64,000 nt of DNA from Octopus sinensis (GCF_006345805.1 NC_043017.1:19344001-19408000), one strand, 5' to 3'; positions 25,267 to 38,707 are shown, numbered from the stretch's first letter. Numbers and translations are program-made. Notes: generated by a model from the letters alone, not told the origin.

Positions 25267-25417
25267 AGCCACCGTCCGCATTCTGCTTTTCATGAACAGT
25301 GCCATCAACGTATTTGTTTATGCTGGAAGAGATGGAGAATTTAGAAACATTTTGAAAAAAGACTTGAAGAAATTGTCTTCCTTCTGTAAATGCTGCCACA
25401 AATCGGATTTCCATTGA
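25267..25417 (+). CDS. GPCR terminal exon: TM7, helix 8, C-tail
   Basis: ctttcag| acceptor in phase 2 matching the previous exon: RATVRILLFMNSAINVFVYAGRDGEFRNILKKDLKKLSSFCKCCHKSDFH*; NSxxNxxxY, helix-8 FR, Cys cluster. Confidence 0.9.
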
Positions 25418-25460
25418 TTATATATATAATGTGTATGTGTGTGTGTATATATTACTCTCT

Positions 25461-25846
25461 ACTCTTTTACTTGTTTCAGTCATTTGACTGCAGCCATGCT
25501 GGAGCACCGCCTTTAGTCGAGCAAATCGACCCCGGGACTTATGCTTTGTAAGCCTAGTACTTATTCTATCAGTCTCTTTTGCCGAACCACTAAGTGACGG
25601 GGACGTAAACACATCAGCATCGGTTGTCAAGCAATGCTGGGGGGACAAACACAGACACACAAACACACACACATACATATACATATATACGACAGGATTC
25701 TTTCAGTTTCCGTCTACCAAATCCACTCACAAGGCATTGGTTGGCCCAGGGCTATAGCAGAAGACACTTGTCCAAGATGCCACGCAGTGGGACTGAACTC
25801 GGAACCATGTGGTTGGTTAGCAAGCTACTTACCACACAGCCACTCC
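25461..25846 (+). mobile_element. SINE family A in the GPCR 3' UTR (copy at 26609-26994)
   Basis: High identity to 8874-9266. Confidence 0.8.
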
Positions 25847-25877
<31 letters not shown>

Positions 25878-26080
25878 GTGTATACATAGTATTTGATGGT
25901 ATAAAAGATGCAGAGGCATATTAGATGCACCTCAATCTCAGCAGTGTACACTTTAAGGAAAAAGAGTGTCAGGGACAAAATTAGCTAATGAGAGGACCAA
26001 CTAGGCATATAGAGCCTGTGTAGATGTTTTGAGATATTCTTTTTTTTTATAAAGAGTGTCTTATATGACATCAAATATGG

Positions 26081-26140
<60 letters not shown>

Positions 26141-26414
26141 GTGTGTGTGTGTATGTGTAAGGTGGTTGGTGTTAGGACGGGCATTCAGCTATAAAAACTG
26201 CCACAACAGATGGTGAAACTTGGTGCAGTCTTCTGTTTTCCAGACATTAAATAATGATGGTGATAATGTTCCTTTCTGCCTCTCTCCACCAAATTCACTT
26301 ACAGGGCTTCAGTTTATCTCCTCAGTTGCTTACTAATTTTCTTGCCAATTTGTTTTCCCATTAAAATTACCATTAGTATATCTAAACTTACGTCTTACGT
26401 TTTGTACCTTTCAG

Positions 26415-26565
26415 AGCCACCGTCCGCATTCTGCTTTTCATGAACAGTGCCATCAACGTATTTGTTTATGCTGGAAGAGATGGAGAATTTAGAAACATTT
26501 TGAAAAAAGACTTGAAGAAATTGTCTTCCTTCTGTAAATGCTGCCACAAATCGGATTTCCATTGA
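26415..26565 (+). CDS. Duplicate of the GPCR terminal exon
   Basis: Same as 25267-25417 including acceptor and TGA; part of the 1148-bp duplication. Confidence 0.6.
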
Positions 26566-27220
26566 TTATATATATAATGTGTATGTGTGTGTGTATATAT
26601 TACTCTCTACTCTTTTACTTGTTTCAGTCATTTGACTGCAGCCATGCTGGAGCACCGCCTTTAGTCGAGCAAATCGACCCCGGGACTTATGCTTTGTAAG
26701 CCTAGTACTTATTCTATCAGTCTCTTTTGCCGAACCACTAAGTGACGGGGACGTAAACACATCAGCATCGGTTGTCAAGCAATGCTGGGGGGACAAACAC
26801 AGACACACAAACACACACACATACATATACATATATACGACAGGATTCTTTCAGTTTCCGTCTACCAAATCCACTCACAAGGCATTGGTTGGCCCAGGGC
26901 TATAGCAGAAGACACTTGTCCAAGATGCCACGCAGTGGGACTGAACTCGGAACCATGTGGTTGGTTAGCAAGCTACTTACCACACAGCCACTCCTATATA
27001 TATATATATATATACACATGTGTATACATAGTATTTGATGGTATAAAAGATGCAGAGGCATATTAGATGCACCTCAATCTCAGCAGTGTACACTTTAAGG
27101 AAAAAGAGTGTCAGGGACAAAATTAGCTAATGAGAGGACCAACTAGGCATATAGAGCCTGTGTAGATGTTTTGAGATATTCTTTTTTTTTATAAAGAGTG
27201 TCTTATATGACATCAAATAT

Positions 27221-27254
<34 letters not shown>

Positions 27255-27257
<3 letters not shown>

Positions 27258-28854
27258 TGGGGGGAAATAAATATTCGTACATGTCAAAATTCTTTATTTA
27301 ATTTCTAATACCAATACTATATTTGCATACGGATGCATAAACTAAGAATATGCAAATGAAACTAATAAATTATAGTAACTAAGGAATTTATATACAATCA
27401 TAAATATTTAGGGGTGAAAAAAGTATTCGTACAGAATAAATTTATGATTTTCTATGCCACAAAATACTATTAAAATATTTTTTTTTTTACCAGAACGTTC
27501 TTGTTTATTCCAATAATCTTATCAGTTGTCATTTTTAAGTGTCAAAACGCTAGCTTCTTCATTCAGCACTGAGACAACATTAAGTAGTATCGTAATAATG
27601 GCGAAAAGTAAAGAACTCACGAATACAGTGAAAAACTTAATTATTGAGCAGTAGAAAGCAGATAAAAGTTACAGGAAAATATCAGAGACCCTTTGTATTC
27701 CATTTTCTACCATATCTTCATTTATTCAAAGACATAACAAATCAGGAACTGTTGAAAACAGAATAAGATCCAGTGCACCATGCAAGATTTCCCCTAGATC
27801 TTTAAGAAAAATGAAGTGAAGAATTGAAAAAAAATGCAATGATCACCAGAAAGGAGTTGCAAGAAGATTTGTTAGTTTCAGGGACTAGTGTTGCACTATG
27901 AACAATCAGCAATGAACTGAAGTCACGCTCTCCCAGAAAAACTCCACTGTTGACTAAAAGGCATAGAGATGCCCATTTAAAATTTGTTTATGAACATAAA
28001 GATAAATCTGATACATTCTAGGAAAATGTTCTATGGACAGACGAGTCGAAAATTGAATTGTTTGGAAGAAATTTGTGTAGCCATATTCAGAAGGAAAGAT
28101 GGTACTGCCTATTCGCCGAAAAACACAATTCCTACCATAAAAGAAACACCCCCACATCATGATGTGGGGGTGTTTCTCTGCAAATGGTACTGGCAATTTA
28201 CATGTGATAGATGGTAGAATGAATGCAGAGATGTACCAAAATATTTTGAACAATAATTTATGGGACTCTGTAGAAAAGCTCCAGCTTTATAAAGGGTGGG
28301 TTTCACAACAGGATAAAGTAGTATCATAATAATGGCGAAAAGTAAAGCACACGGCAAAGTCTACCAAAAAATGGATTGTCGATCACAATATAAAATTATT
28401 AGAATGGCCAAGCCAGTTACCTGACTTGAACCCCATTGAAAATTTGTGGCGTTATTTGAAAATTAAAATTCATTCAGGAGCCCCAACGTGCATTCCAGAT
28501 TTGAAGAAAATTTGTCAAGAAGAATGGGAAAAAATTCCTAAAGAAACATGCGAATAATTGATTAAGAACTACAAGAAGAGATTGGTTGAACTGGAACTGA
28601 ATAATGGTTATGCTACAAAGTATTAAATCAGAATTATCAGTTATTTATGTTCTGTACGAATACTTTTTTCACCCCTAAATATTTATAATTGTATATAAAT
28701 TCCTTAGTAACTATAATTTATTAGTTTCTTTTGCATATTCTTAGTTTATGCATATGTATGCAAATATAGTATTGGTATATCCCATTTATGTTCATTAGAA
28801 ATTAGATAAATAGAGAATTTTGACATGTACGAATATTTATATTTATATGTACTG
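27255..28854 (+). mobile_element. Tc1-family transposon with long IR/DR-type TIRs, inserted in (TA)n
   Basis: TA|CAGT...ACTG|TA; ~200-bp inverted repeats (27255-27445 / 28645-28854), each containing two tattcgtaca direct repeats. Confidence 0.92.
27598..28626 (+). pseudogene. Tc1 DD34E transposase pseudogene
   Basis: MAKSKEL...SYRKIS (paired-like HTH), [34 protein letters not shown]; has in-frame stops and frameshifts. Confidence 0.92.
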
Positions 28855-28876
28855 TATATATATATATATATATGTA

Positions 28877-28924
<48 letters not shown>

Positions 28925-29201
28925 ACAGGGTTGGCCAAAAGTCTACTGACAGTAAATCAAATTCTCATAAATACTTAATATTCAATTTAATTTATTCATT
29001 CCAATTATGAAGGCTTAATAATTGAATGCTGAGAGTTAAAATTGCTGTTTTTTCCCCACATTTATTAGCGAAGTCTCATCTAAAATAAATTTTTGTTTTA
29101 ATCTTGGAATGAAATTGGTTTTGATACATTGTCAGATGATTTTAATTCTCAGCATTCAATTATTAAACCTTCACAATTGGAATGAATAAATTAAATTGAA
29201 T
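28925..29201. mobile_element. MITE-like fragment with a ~63-bp internal inverted repeat
   Basis: TA|cagggttggccaaaagt start; ~28980-29043 is complementary to ~29139-29201. Confidence 0.55.
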
Positions 29202-30194
29202 TGTCAGATAAATCCGTTTTTTTTTTTTTGTTTGTTTTGTCTTCTACTTTACACCCCGTTGTCATAGATCTGGGAAGAAGTAAAATTTATCCAAATTTCA
29301 GAAATGATAAGCAAAAGTTGTAGAGGAAGAATAGAGCTTACAAAAGAAAAAAAACCCCACAAAATACTACCATAAAAAATATTTTTCTTGCTAATTCAAA
29401 AAAAAAAAATAAATAAAAATAAAATGGAAAGGATTAAAATAAATGGAAGGAAATAAATTTATCTGACAACTGAATGTGTGTGGCCATGATGATCCCATCT
29501 TTTTATGCATCGAGGATTACATTGTTAGCAGAGATAATTCCTTGAACTTTTCCCAACCATAGTGAGGGACAAGGGTCTAGTGCAATAAGAAAATTAACAA
29601 TCCTTTTGCGATCAGATTTCTAATCAATTAAGGTTCAATACATTTAGAAAATAATGGAAGACCTTACAGGGGTTTAGTAAAAGTGGTTTTGCCTATGAAT
29701 CCCTTTTTATTCTTATTTCACTCTACTGGACCCTCAAAGCCCTTTGATGTTTAAAAACTATTATATTTTGATAATTAAATATTATTAGAAATTGTATAAA
29801 AAGAAATTTGTTCAAATATTTTGTGTTTTGTAGGAGAATAACCAATTAATTTATTGCTGATAAATGTTTTACAAAAAATCTATGGACCCCACCCAATCCA
29901 AGGGCTGAGAACCACTAATCTATTGCTTTGAAAAATCATCATCATCATCACCAACACTATTTAATATTTGTTTACCATGCTGGTATGGATTGCAGGGTTC
30001 AACAAGTAAGAGGAGTGCACCAAATTCCAATGTCGGCTTTCTCATGGTTTCTATAGCTGGATGCCTTTCCTGATTTCCAATGCCAACCACTTAACTGAGG
30101 GTGTTGGGTGCTTCTTATATAGCACCAGCACCAGTGAGGGTCACCTCTTACATTATATTATAGAAGGTGATCATTTTAAAAGCCTAAAATTGAA

Positions 30195-30500
30195 GTGTCT
30201 GTGTGGTAAGTAGCTTGCTTACCAACTCTATGGTTCCGGGTTCAGTCCCACTGTGTGACACCTTGGGCAAGTGTCTTCTGCTATAGCCTTGGGCCAACCA
30301 AAGCTTTGTGAGTGGATTTGGTAGATGGAAACTGAAAGAAGCCCATTGTGTATATATATATATGTGTGTGTGTATTTGTCCCCACCCCCATCGCTTGACA
30401 ACCAATGATTGATAGAATAAGTACCAGGCTTACAAAGATTTCTTTGACTAAAGGTGGTGCTGCAGCATGGCCACAGTCAAATGACTAAAACAAATAAAAG
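30195..30500 (-). mobile_element. SINE family A, internally deleted
   Basis: Reverse complement of parts of 8874-9266. Confidence 0.7.
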
Positions 30501-31350
30501 AAGTTCCAGGAATAGTTATGTTTCATAAAAAACAACTTATTTACCTAAGTTTTAACATCCTCTCCTTCAAAATACTCCTGGCAGGACATTGTGTCCTTGA
30601 ACAAGACACTTTATTTCATGTTACTCCAGTTCAGTCAGCTGGCAAAAATAAATTGTACCTGTAATTCAAAAGGGCCTGCTTTATCACATTCTGTGTCATA
30701 CTGAATCTCTATGAGAATTATGTGAAGAGTATGCCTGTCTGTGGAGTACTCGGCCACTTGCACAATAATTTCATAAGCAGGCTGTTCAGTTGATCATATA
30801 TTTATTTATGTGCGTGTGTGTGTGTGTGTCTGTTATTGTCCCCCCACAACCAATGTTGGTGTGTTTACATACCCACAGCTTTGCAGTTCAGCAAAAGAGA
30901 TCGAAAGGATAAGTACTAGGCTTACAAAGAATAAGACCTGGGGATGGTTTCTTCAGCACAAAAACAACCCTTCACCCCTTTTGATACCAACCTGGCTGAA
31001 ACCGCCTCTGGTTCTGTAGTATAAATGTCTTGTTTGCATAATTTTTGAATTAGAATCTTCCACCAAACCTTAGTCGCAATTTATGTTCCTAACACCAGCT
31101 TAATCATAACCAAGTTATTTTACTAAATTCTTTGTTATATTTAAAATTAATTGAAAAAAAAATACACAGAGCATCTCAAAATAAATAAGGTAACAAAAAG
31201 GTTAAGGTGGTGCTCCAGCATGGCAGCAATCAAATGAGTGAAACAAACAAAGAACAAAAAAAAAATTGATCCGAGATTCTGTAGTTAAGCCTGAGGTCAG
31301 TTCTGACTGAGCAAATCTTTAATCTCTTGAGCCTGATGTATTATTGAAGA

Positions 31351-32467
31351 CAATGGGTCTCAACCAGTGTCCATATAAGATGTTCTTGTTAAAATTTATC
31401 TTTCTATCTATCTATCCACTCAGTCGAAGTCGACTCTCGGTTACTTGATGGATCAGTGTCCTCCAGTCAGTTCTATCCTGGGCCACTTCTTTCAGATTGG
31501 CTATGTCCATTCCGGTATCACTCTTGATGGTATCAAGCCAGCGGGTTCTTGGTCGGCCTCTTCCTCTCTTGCCACTGACCATTCCGAGCATGATGTCCTT
31601 CTCCAGGGATTTTCTCCGCATAATATGACCAAAATATGCCAATCTATGCTTGGTGATCCTAGCTTCTCGCGACATTTTTGGCCTGATCTGCTTAAGAACT
31701 TCTCCATTGGTGAGCCTCGCTGTCCATGGAATCCGTAAAAGTCTTCTCCAACACCAAAGCTCGAATGCATTAATTCTCTTCTGGTCAGCTTTCTTTAGTG
31801 TCCAGGTCTCGCATCCATATGGGAAGACAATTGCATTCACCAATCTGCATTTGGTAGCGAGTCTGATGTCTCTACTCTTCCAGACCCTGCTCATATTGAC
31901 CATTGCCTCTCTGCCTAGTACTATCCACCGTCTTATTTCTGGAGTGCAATCACCATCTCAATTTATTTTGGAGCCAAGGAAGATGAAATCATCAACCACT
32001 TTGATCTCTTCATTATCGATCTTGATGCTGATGCTTGTTGTGGCTGCTGTTGACATGATCTTCGTTTTCTTAACATTGAGGTACAGCCCAAATTTCTCAC
32101 TCTCTTTCTTGACCAGCAGGACAAGATCCTCCAGATCCTTACCACTCTCTACCAGCAGGGTTGTATCATCTGCATAGCGAAGGTTATTAATATTTCTTCC
32201 TCCAATCCTCACTCCAATGCTGCTATCCTCCAGGCCTGCATTTCTCATGACCCCCATGTTAAAATTTATCCGCAATAAATTGGTTATTCTTCTACAATGC
32301 ACAAAATATTTTAACAGCCTGTTTTTTTACAATTCCTAATAATATTCAATCATAAAAATATAATAGAATTTTTAAAACATTGAATGGCTAGGGCGGGGGA
32401 GGTCCACCTGAATAGATTAAGAATCAAAAGGGTTCATAGGCAAAAAAAAAATGGTTGAGAACCACTG
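31351..32467. mobile_element. hAT-like MITE interrupted by an RTE LINE
   Basis: Ends caatgggtctcaacc / ggttgagaaccactg; related body at ~21380-21620. Confidence 0.55.
31401..32256 (-). mobile_element. 5'-truncated RTE-clade LINE (RT C-terminal half, frameshifted)
   Basis: NLRYADDT, FIFLGS, YGCETWT, AFELWCWRRLLRIPW, GRGRPRTRWLD; (GATA)n tail; 14-bp TSD tgttaaaatttatc at 31387-31400 and 32257-32270. Confidence 0.93.
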
Positions 32468-33184
32468 ATCCAATGAGTCCTGTTTTCAACAGTAAAGAAT
32501 GCAATATAGGAGTGATTTGCTTGTTATTTTTCCCTTATCTAATCCTTTAGTATTCAGATTATTCTGTCAAATGCAATGCTTCTTTATTCCCATTGATTTG
32601 ATTTAATCTTTGAGATTTCAATGACCTGATTGTTTATATGCAGAATGATATTGCAGGGCAGATGTGAGAGGCCAAATCTGGCTGGTTTGAACATAAAACA
32701 GGTAGAATATATTTTGGCTGGATATGGCCAGTTTAAATGCTAAAGGGTCAATGAAGTTATGTTGGCCCTTAACACATCATCAGTCCTGTTTCAGCTTACT
32801 GACAATAGAATGTTTGATTCATCTAATCTTGACCAAAAATTTTTTGAAAATGTTGTTTAAAGTATAAAATCTCTAACTGGTTTAACTCTTTTGTTATCAA
32901 ATTTCTATTGAAATATATTGCCATTTTCTTTTTTTCAGTTTATCAAAAATATAAAAAGAATTTATTAAGATAAGTTTGTCATTATTAATCTGATGACCGG
33001 AACATAACATGAAATTTGAATGGAAGATTATAATTTAGATCACTTAAAAACATGGAAATTTGTATCATAGAACCAGGCACAGTCTCAGCTGAGTTGGTAT
33101 CAGAAAGGTTAAAAATCTTGTAAGTTGGCAGGTAAGGAACCAAAATGTTTGGTTCAAATGTTTGCCATTCTGCAAAAGGCAGAA

Positions 33185-33395
33185 CGGCGGCAAGCTGGCA
33201 GAAACATTAGCATGCCAGGTGAAATGCTTAGCAGTATTTCATCTGTCTTTACGTTCTGAGTTCAAATTCCACCAAGGTCGACTTTGCCTTTCATCCTCTC
33301 AGAATTGATAAATTAAGTAACAGTTATGCACTGGTGTTGATCTAATCGACTGGCTCCTTCCCCAAAATTTTGGGCCTTGTGCCTAGAGTAGAAAA
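33185..33395 (+). mobile_element. tRNA-derived SINE family B
   Basis: ggcggcaagctggcagaa...gagttcaaattcc...gtcgactttgcctttcatcc; many minus-strand copies (~38200-38408, 41280-41495, 43700-43900, 52115-52330, 56730-57110, 63540-63900). Confidence 0.75.
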
Positions 33396-33834
33396 GATTC
33401 TGTGAAAGATAGAGAAAGATCTACTTAACCCTTTTGTTACCATATTTCTATTGAAGTTCACTGCCTTTATTTGAATTAATTTTAAAAATAATGAAGCATT
33501 TATTAAATAATTTTGTCATTTACCTGGTCTTTAAGGTGGTGAGCTGACAGAATCAATGAACTGATGTTGGGACAAAATTTCATTTGTCTTTACTTTCTGA
33601 GTGCCTATAGTAGAAAAGATAAATAATTTTTTCATTACTGTATTTCTGTTGAGATGCTCTGTATTTCTTTCAATTAATTTTAAATATAACAAAGAATTTA
33701 GTAAAATAACTTAGTTATCATTCAGCTAGTGTTAGGAACATAAATTGTGACTAAGGTTTTAATTCCAAACTTATGAAAACAAGACATTTGTACTCAGAGC
33801 TAGAGCCGGTTTCAGCCGGGTTGGTGTCAAAAGG

Positions 33835-34535
33835 GTTAACCCTTTCGTTACTATATTTATTTTGAGATGTTCTGTGTTTCTTTCAATTTCTTTAAATATA
33901 ACAAAGAATTTAGTAAAATTACTTAGTTGTAATTCAGCTAGTGTTAGGAACATAAATTGTGACTAAGGTTTGGTGGAAGATTTTAATTCAAAACTTTTGA
34001 AAACAAGGCATTTGTACTACAGAGCCAGAAGCAGTTTCAGCCGGGTTGGTATCAAAAGGGGTAAATGTTTTTTTTTTAGTTGAAGAAATCCCCAGGATTT
34101 ATTCTTTGTGAGCCTAGTACTTATCCTATCAGTCTCTTTTGCCAAACTGCTAAGCTATGGGTATGCAAACACACCAACATTGGTTGTCAAGGGATGGTGG
34201 GGGGACAATAACAGACACACACATACATATAAATATATACATATACACACACACACACACATATATATATCAAAAGGGTTAAGAATTGTTTCTCTATTAT
34301 GTATTTTAACCCTTTTGTTACCATATTTCTGTTGAGATGCTTAGTGTTTCTTTCAATTAATTTTAAATGTAACAAAGAACTTAGTAAAATAACTTAGTTA
34401 TCATTCAGCTAGTGTTAGGAACATAAATTGTGACTAAGGTTTGGTGGAAGATTTTAATTCAAAACTCATGAAAACAAGGCATTTGTACTGTAAAGCCAGA
34501 GGCGGTTTCAGCCAAGTTGGTAATGAAAGGGTTAA
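33835..34535. mobile_element. Clustered ~230-bp TTAA-flanked MITEs (ttaaccctt...aagggttaa)
   Basis: Copies at ~33835-34065 and ~34305-34535, also ~30975-31205; the termini resemble piggyBac-type ends. Confidence 0.6.
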
Positions 34536-35642
34536 TCTAGTGTTTGGAACATAAATTAACATGGAAGATTTTCATTTAGATTGCATTTCTGTACAAAAAC
34601 CAGGGGCAGTCTCAGGCAAGTTGGTATCAAAGGAGTTAGAGATTTCATTTCTAAGAAAACCCATGCTCTCCATCTAAACACACAACACCTTTTGTCCTCT
34701 GTGAGCTCAAAATACTCCTAGTGAGATTAAGAACCCCAGTTCTTAAGTGTCTTGCAACTTAAAAAAAAAAAAGAAAGAAATATTTCTTTAGCATGAAAAT
34801 GGTAAGTTAGCAGAATTGTTAGTCTCCAGAACAAAACAGTTGGTGGCATTTTGTACATCTTTACATTCTGAGTTCAAACTCTACTGAAGCTGAGTTTACC
34901 TTTTATCCTTTTCAGGGTCAATAAAATAAGTACCTGCTGAATACTGTGGATGGATGTAATTGACTTACTTCTCCCCTAAAATTGCTGGCCTTGTGCCAAA
35001 ATCTGAAACTATTATTATTATTATTATTATTATTATTATGATGATGACAAAATTAAGTAAGTGTTGAACAAATTGACTTCCCATATTTAATTAATCCTCT
35101 TAACATTCTAAGTTCATAATTGTAGTTGACTTAGCCACTCATCACTCTGGAGTCAATAAAATGGATACCAGTTAAATACTAAGGTTCAAGTGCCCTGCCA
35201 CAGGGGAGTGACTATTTGCCAATATGAAAAGCCTTTCTTTAATAAATGATGAAAAATGCATAGTCTAGTGGTTAGGGTATTGTACTCAGGGTCATTAAGC
35301 ACGTGGTTTCAATTCCCAGATTGGGCAGTGCTACTATGTTCATGAACTTCACTTCTCATTATTCCAGTCCATTCAGGTGTAAATGGATATCAGTAATAGC
35401 TGAGGATGTGATGGACTGGTGTCTCTTCCAGGGTTAGGAAAGAGCATTATACTCTCTTGACTGCTTATATGTCAAATTAGAAGTTTCTTTATCCTTTTGA
35501 TGCCAATCTACCTGAGACCATTCCTGGTTCTTTGATACAAACTTCCTGTTTTAAAACCTTCCACCAAAATTTCATGCTAATTTATATTCTGACACCAACT
35601 TAATATTGACTATGATATTTTACTAAATTCTTTATTGCTTAA

Positions 35643-37255
35643 ACCCCCCACCATTTGATAGATTGGTACCTACAATGCCTAGATTGGTCATCACTCGGGA
35701 GAAAGTTGAACGCGTTATTCAAGGCCTCAATGTCAACAAGGTTTCATGGCCCTGACAGCATACACCCACAGGTTATCAAAGCGTTGGCTCCGGTCATCTG
35801 CGATTTTTAAACACTTCTATTCAATATGTCATTGACGATGGGTGTTGTACCTGCGGACTGGAGAACAGCGATAATCTGCCCGATTTTCAAGAAAGGGAGC
35901 CGCGAAGACCCGCTTAACTACCGACCGGTTTCCCTTACTTCAATAATCAGTAAGATTTTCGAAACCATCATCAAGAAAAGTATGTTGCTTCACCTCCAAA
36001 ACACAGCCTCTATCTCTGATTCCCAACACGGCTTCGTGCCGAAGAGATCATGCTTGACCAACTTACTGGTAATAGAAGAATTGGTGACGCGTATCCTGGA
36101 TGATGGCGATGCTGTTGACATCGTTTTATTGGACTTTGCCAAAGCTTTTGACTCGGTTAACCACCGCCTATTACTTGTCAAGCTTCAAGCATATAGTTTC
36201 CATCCGGATATTGTACGATGGGTTGGTGCCTTCCTCTCAGATCGCTCCTTCCAAGTCCAAGTTAATGGTTCGCTGTCGGACGTCTCCAGTGCGAGCAGTG
36301 GCATGCCTCAAGGTTTAGTGCTTGGGCCGTTATTGTTTTTAGTCTTCATAAATGACTTGCCCAACGACCTCACGCAACACACCCTTGTATTTGCCGACGA
36401 TGTCAAACTGGTCACTTCTCGCAGTGATATAGATGATCTTCGTTGATGCCTCCACCAAGTTTGGAGATGGTCAAACGAATGGAACCTGTGTCTGAATGTG
36501 TCAAAGTGCTGTCATCTTCCTGTTGGCTCCTCTCCTTTCGAGCTGGGTCATCTGCTGCTGGGGAAGACTGACCAGGTAAAGGACCTGGGTATCTTGGTGG
36601 ATTCTTCCTTTTCGCCTTTGGCCCAATGCGTCCATGCTGCCAACAAAGCATGCGGAGTTCTGTTTTTGATTCGACGGTCATTTGGAATGCTCACAGCAGC
36701 CATATTCCTACCGCTCTATGTCACGCTGGTGAGACCCATATTGGAGTACGAGATTCAAGCCTCTTCTTATCTCCTCAAAGACATACATCATCAAGAAAGA
36801 GTCCAGAAGCTGGCTACCCGCATGGTTCTTGGTCTCAAACATTTGTCTTATGAAGAAAGACTGAAGACGCTCGACCTTTATTCTCTAGAAAAACGCTGCC
36901 GCCGTGGTGATCTCATTCTTGCTCACAACATTATAAGCGGAAAGTGTAACCTCTCGAAAGAGCTGTTCTTCACTCCTGCTCCAGAGCGTCGGCTGCTGAG
37001 TCACTCTGAAAAGCTCTATCTGCAACGATTTCATCTCAATCGAAGGAGAGGGGCTTTCTCCATCCAGGTTGTGGATCCGTGGAATAAGCTGCCGGATGAG
37101 ATAGTGAAGATGCTGACGACTGCTCGGTTCAAAGTCTCTCTTGACCAGAAATGGCCTGAACTCTTTGCATGAACACACTCCCTGTACATAACTCCATGTC
37201 CCCCTACATGGCCTTGCTTTTTGCTTTTTGAGCCAAAAAATTAACTTAACTTAAA
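35643..37255 (+). mobile_element. 5'-truncated CR1-type LINE, RT domain with a nonsense codon at 36444-36446
   Basis: PADWRTAIICPIFKKG, NYRPVSLTS, QHGF, LDFAKAFDSV, GMPQGLVLGPLLF, FADDVKL, LSYEERL...RGDLI; ORFs 35826-36446 and 36498-37172 are in the same frame; (taact)n tail. Confidence 0.92.
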
Positions 37256-38408
37256 CAAAATGTATTTCAACATAAATATGGTAACAAAAGAGTTAAAATT
37301 ATCTAAATTAAGACTTTCCATCAAAAATTCAAATTAATTTGTTTCAAACACTAGTTTAATAATGACTCATTTTTTTTTTTCAAAATTAATTGAAACAAAT
37401 CAGTGTATTTTAACAGAAATGTGGTAATAAAAGTGTTTAAAGATTCCATGGAGTATTTGTATGTAAAGTATGAAGTTCATTAACAAACTTGAGTTAGTTA
37501 GTTAATTAATTAGAAAAATGAACATTAATTAATTAAAAATAAACTTTGTTTAGTTATTTTCAACAATAAATTTTGTCATTATACATTGTTATGTTCAGAC
37601 TGTTGTTCTAATGGCGTTGGTTGTTATAGTCACAATGTTTCGGTTGTTATAGTCACAATATTTCAGCTGTTGTATTCTCCAGTCACCTTCAGGTACTTGT
37701 TTATTAGGTAAGATTCTCAGAGTTTTAAACCAATTCCTTTATTAAATTTCACCCAGGGTACATTGTCCTCATTTCATTATCTAAACTATAGATGTTCTCT
37801 AGTTATTTTTCTGCTTGTGATGCTCTGTGGTCATTTGGCTTGAACTGGTGTGTGTGTGTATTGTGTGATCAACCAGGCTATCAGATGTTATACATCGCTG
37901 GTTACAATGTGCTTTGCATCGTTTTAGCTTTTGAATGATGCTACCCAATTGGATAGGCAAGCAGGCCAACATTGCCCTTGATTGGAGGGCTAATCCGTTG
38001 CAGGGTTACCCATCTGTAGGTGCGTGGACTGGAACAATGTGAAATGAAGTGCTTTGCTCAAGTATACAACATGAAGACGGTCTGGGAACCAAAACCACAG
38101 TGGTGAGATTGAAAGTGCAACATGCCTAACCATTAACTAGGTCCTGTACCTTCACACATAAATGTATGTGTTGTATTATTATTATTATTGTCATAATCCT
38201 TTCTAGTATAGGCACAAGGCCTGGATTTTGTGAGGGGAACAGTCAATCACATCAACCCCAGTACTCAACTGGTACTTGATTTATTGACCCTGAAAAGGAT
38301 GAAGGGCAAAGATGACCTCAGTGGAATCTGAACTCAAAACATAGCAGCAGATGAAATACTGCTAAGCATTTTGCCCGGTGTGCTAACGATTCTGCCAGCT
38401 TACCACTT

Positions 38409-38451
<43 letters not shown>

Positions 38452-38661
38452 GAAGAAGAAGAAGAAGAACAACAACAACATGTATATACACATACACATA
38501 GCCATACATACTTGCACATCCTGGTTCAAGAGGAATGAGCAGAAGGCATTACAAATAAGAGAATATTCTTGGTATGAAATGAAAAAATCTACCTTGGTTG
38601 GGTCTAGTAAAGATAATAAAAGAATGGCTTAAGATTCTGAAAATTGGTACTAAATATGACA

Positions 38662-38707
38662 GGCACCTGAAGATGGCTGGAAAGTACAACAGCTGAAATA
38701 GTGTGAC
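38662..38707 (+). ncRNA. Degenerate hammerhead-like motif (Penelope-type end)
   Basis: ggcac-CUGAAGA-t-ggctg...cagct-GAAA-tagt-gtgac; cleavage triplet decayed; a related inverted copy lies at ~37640-37697. Confidence 0.35.

Larger units (their letters stand above)
24970..27223. repeat. Near-identical tandem duplication (1148-bp period) bounded by (TA)n
   Basis: The second copy repeats the first with an offset of 1148; the only difference seen is (TA)n length. Confidence 0.92.

Noticed and set aside
49-27066. Recurring ORFs such as LLSVSVYRIHSQGFGRP...
   Set aside because: They are SINE family A sequence, not genes.
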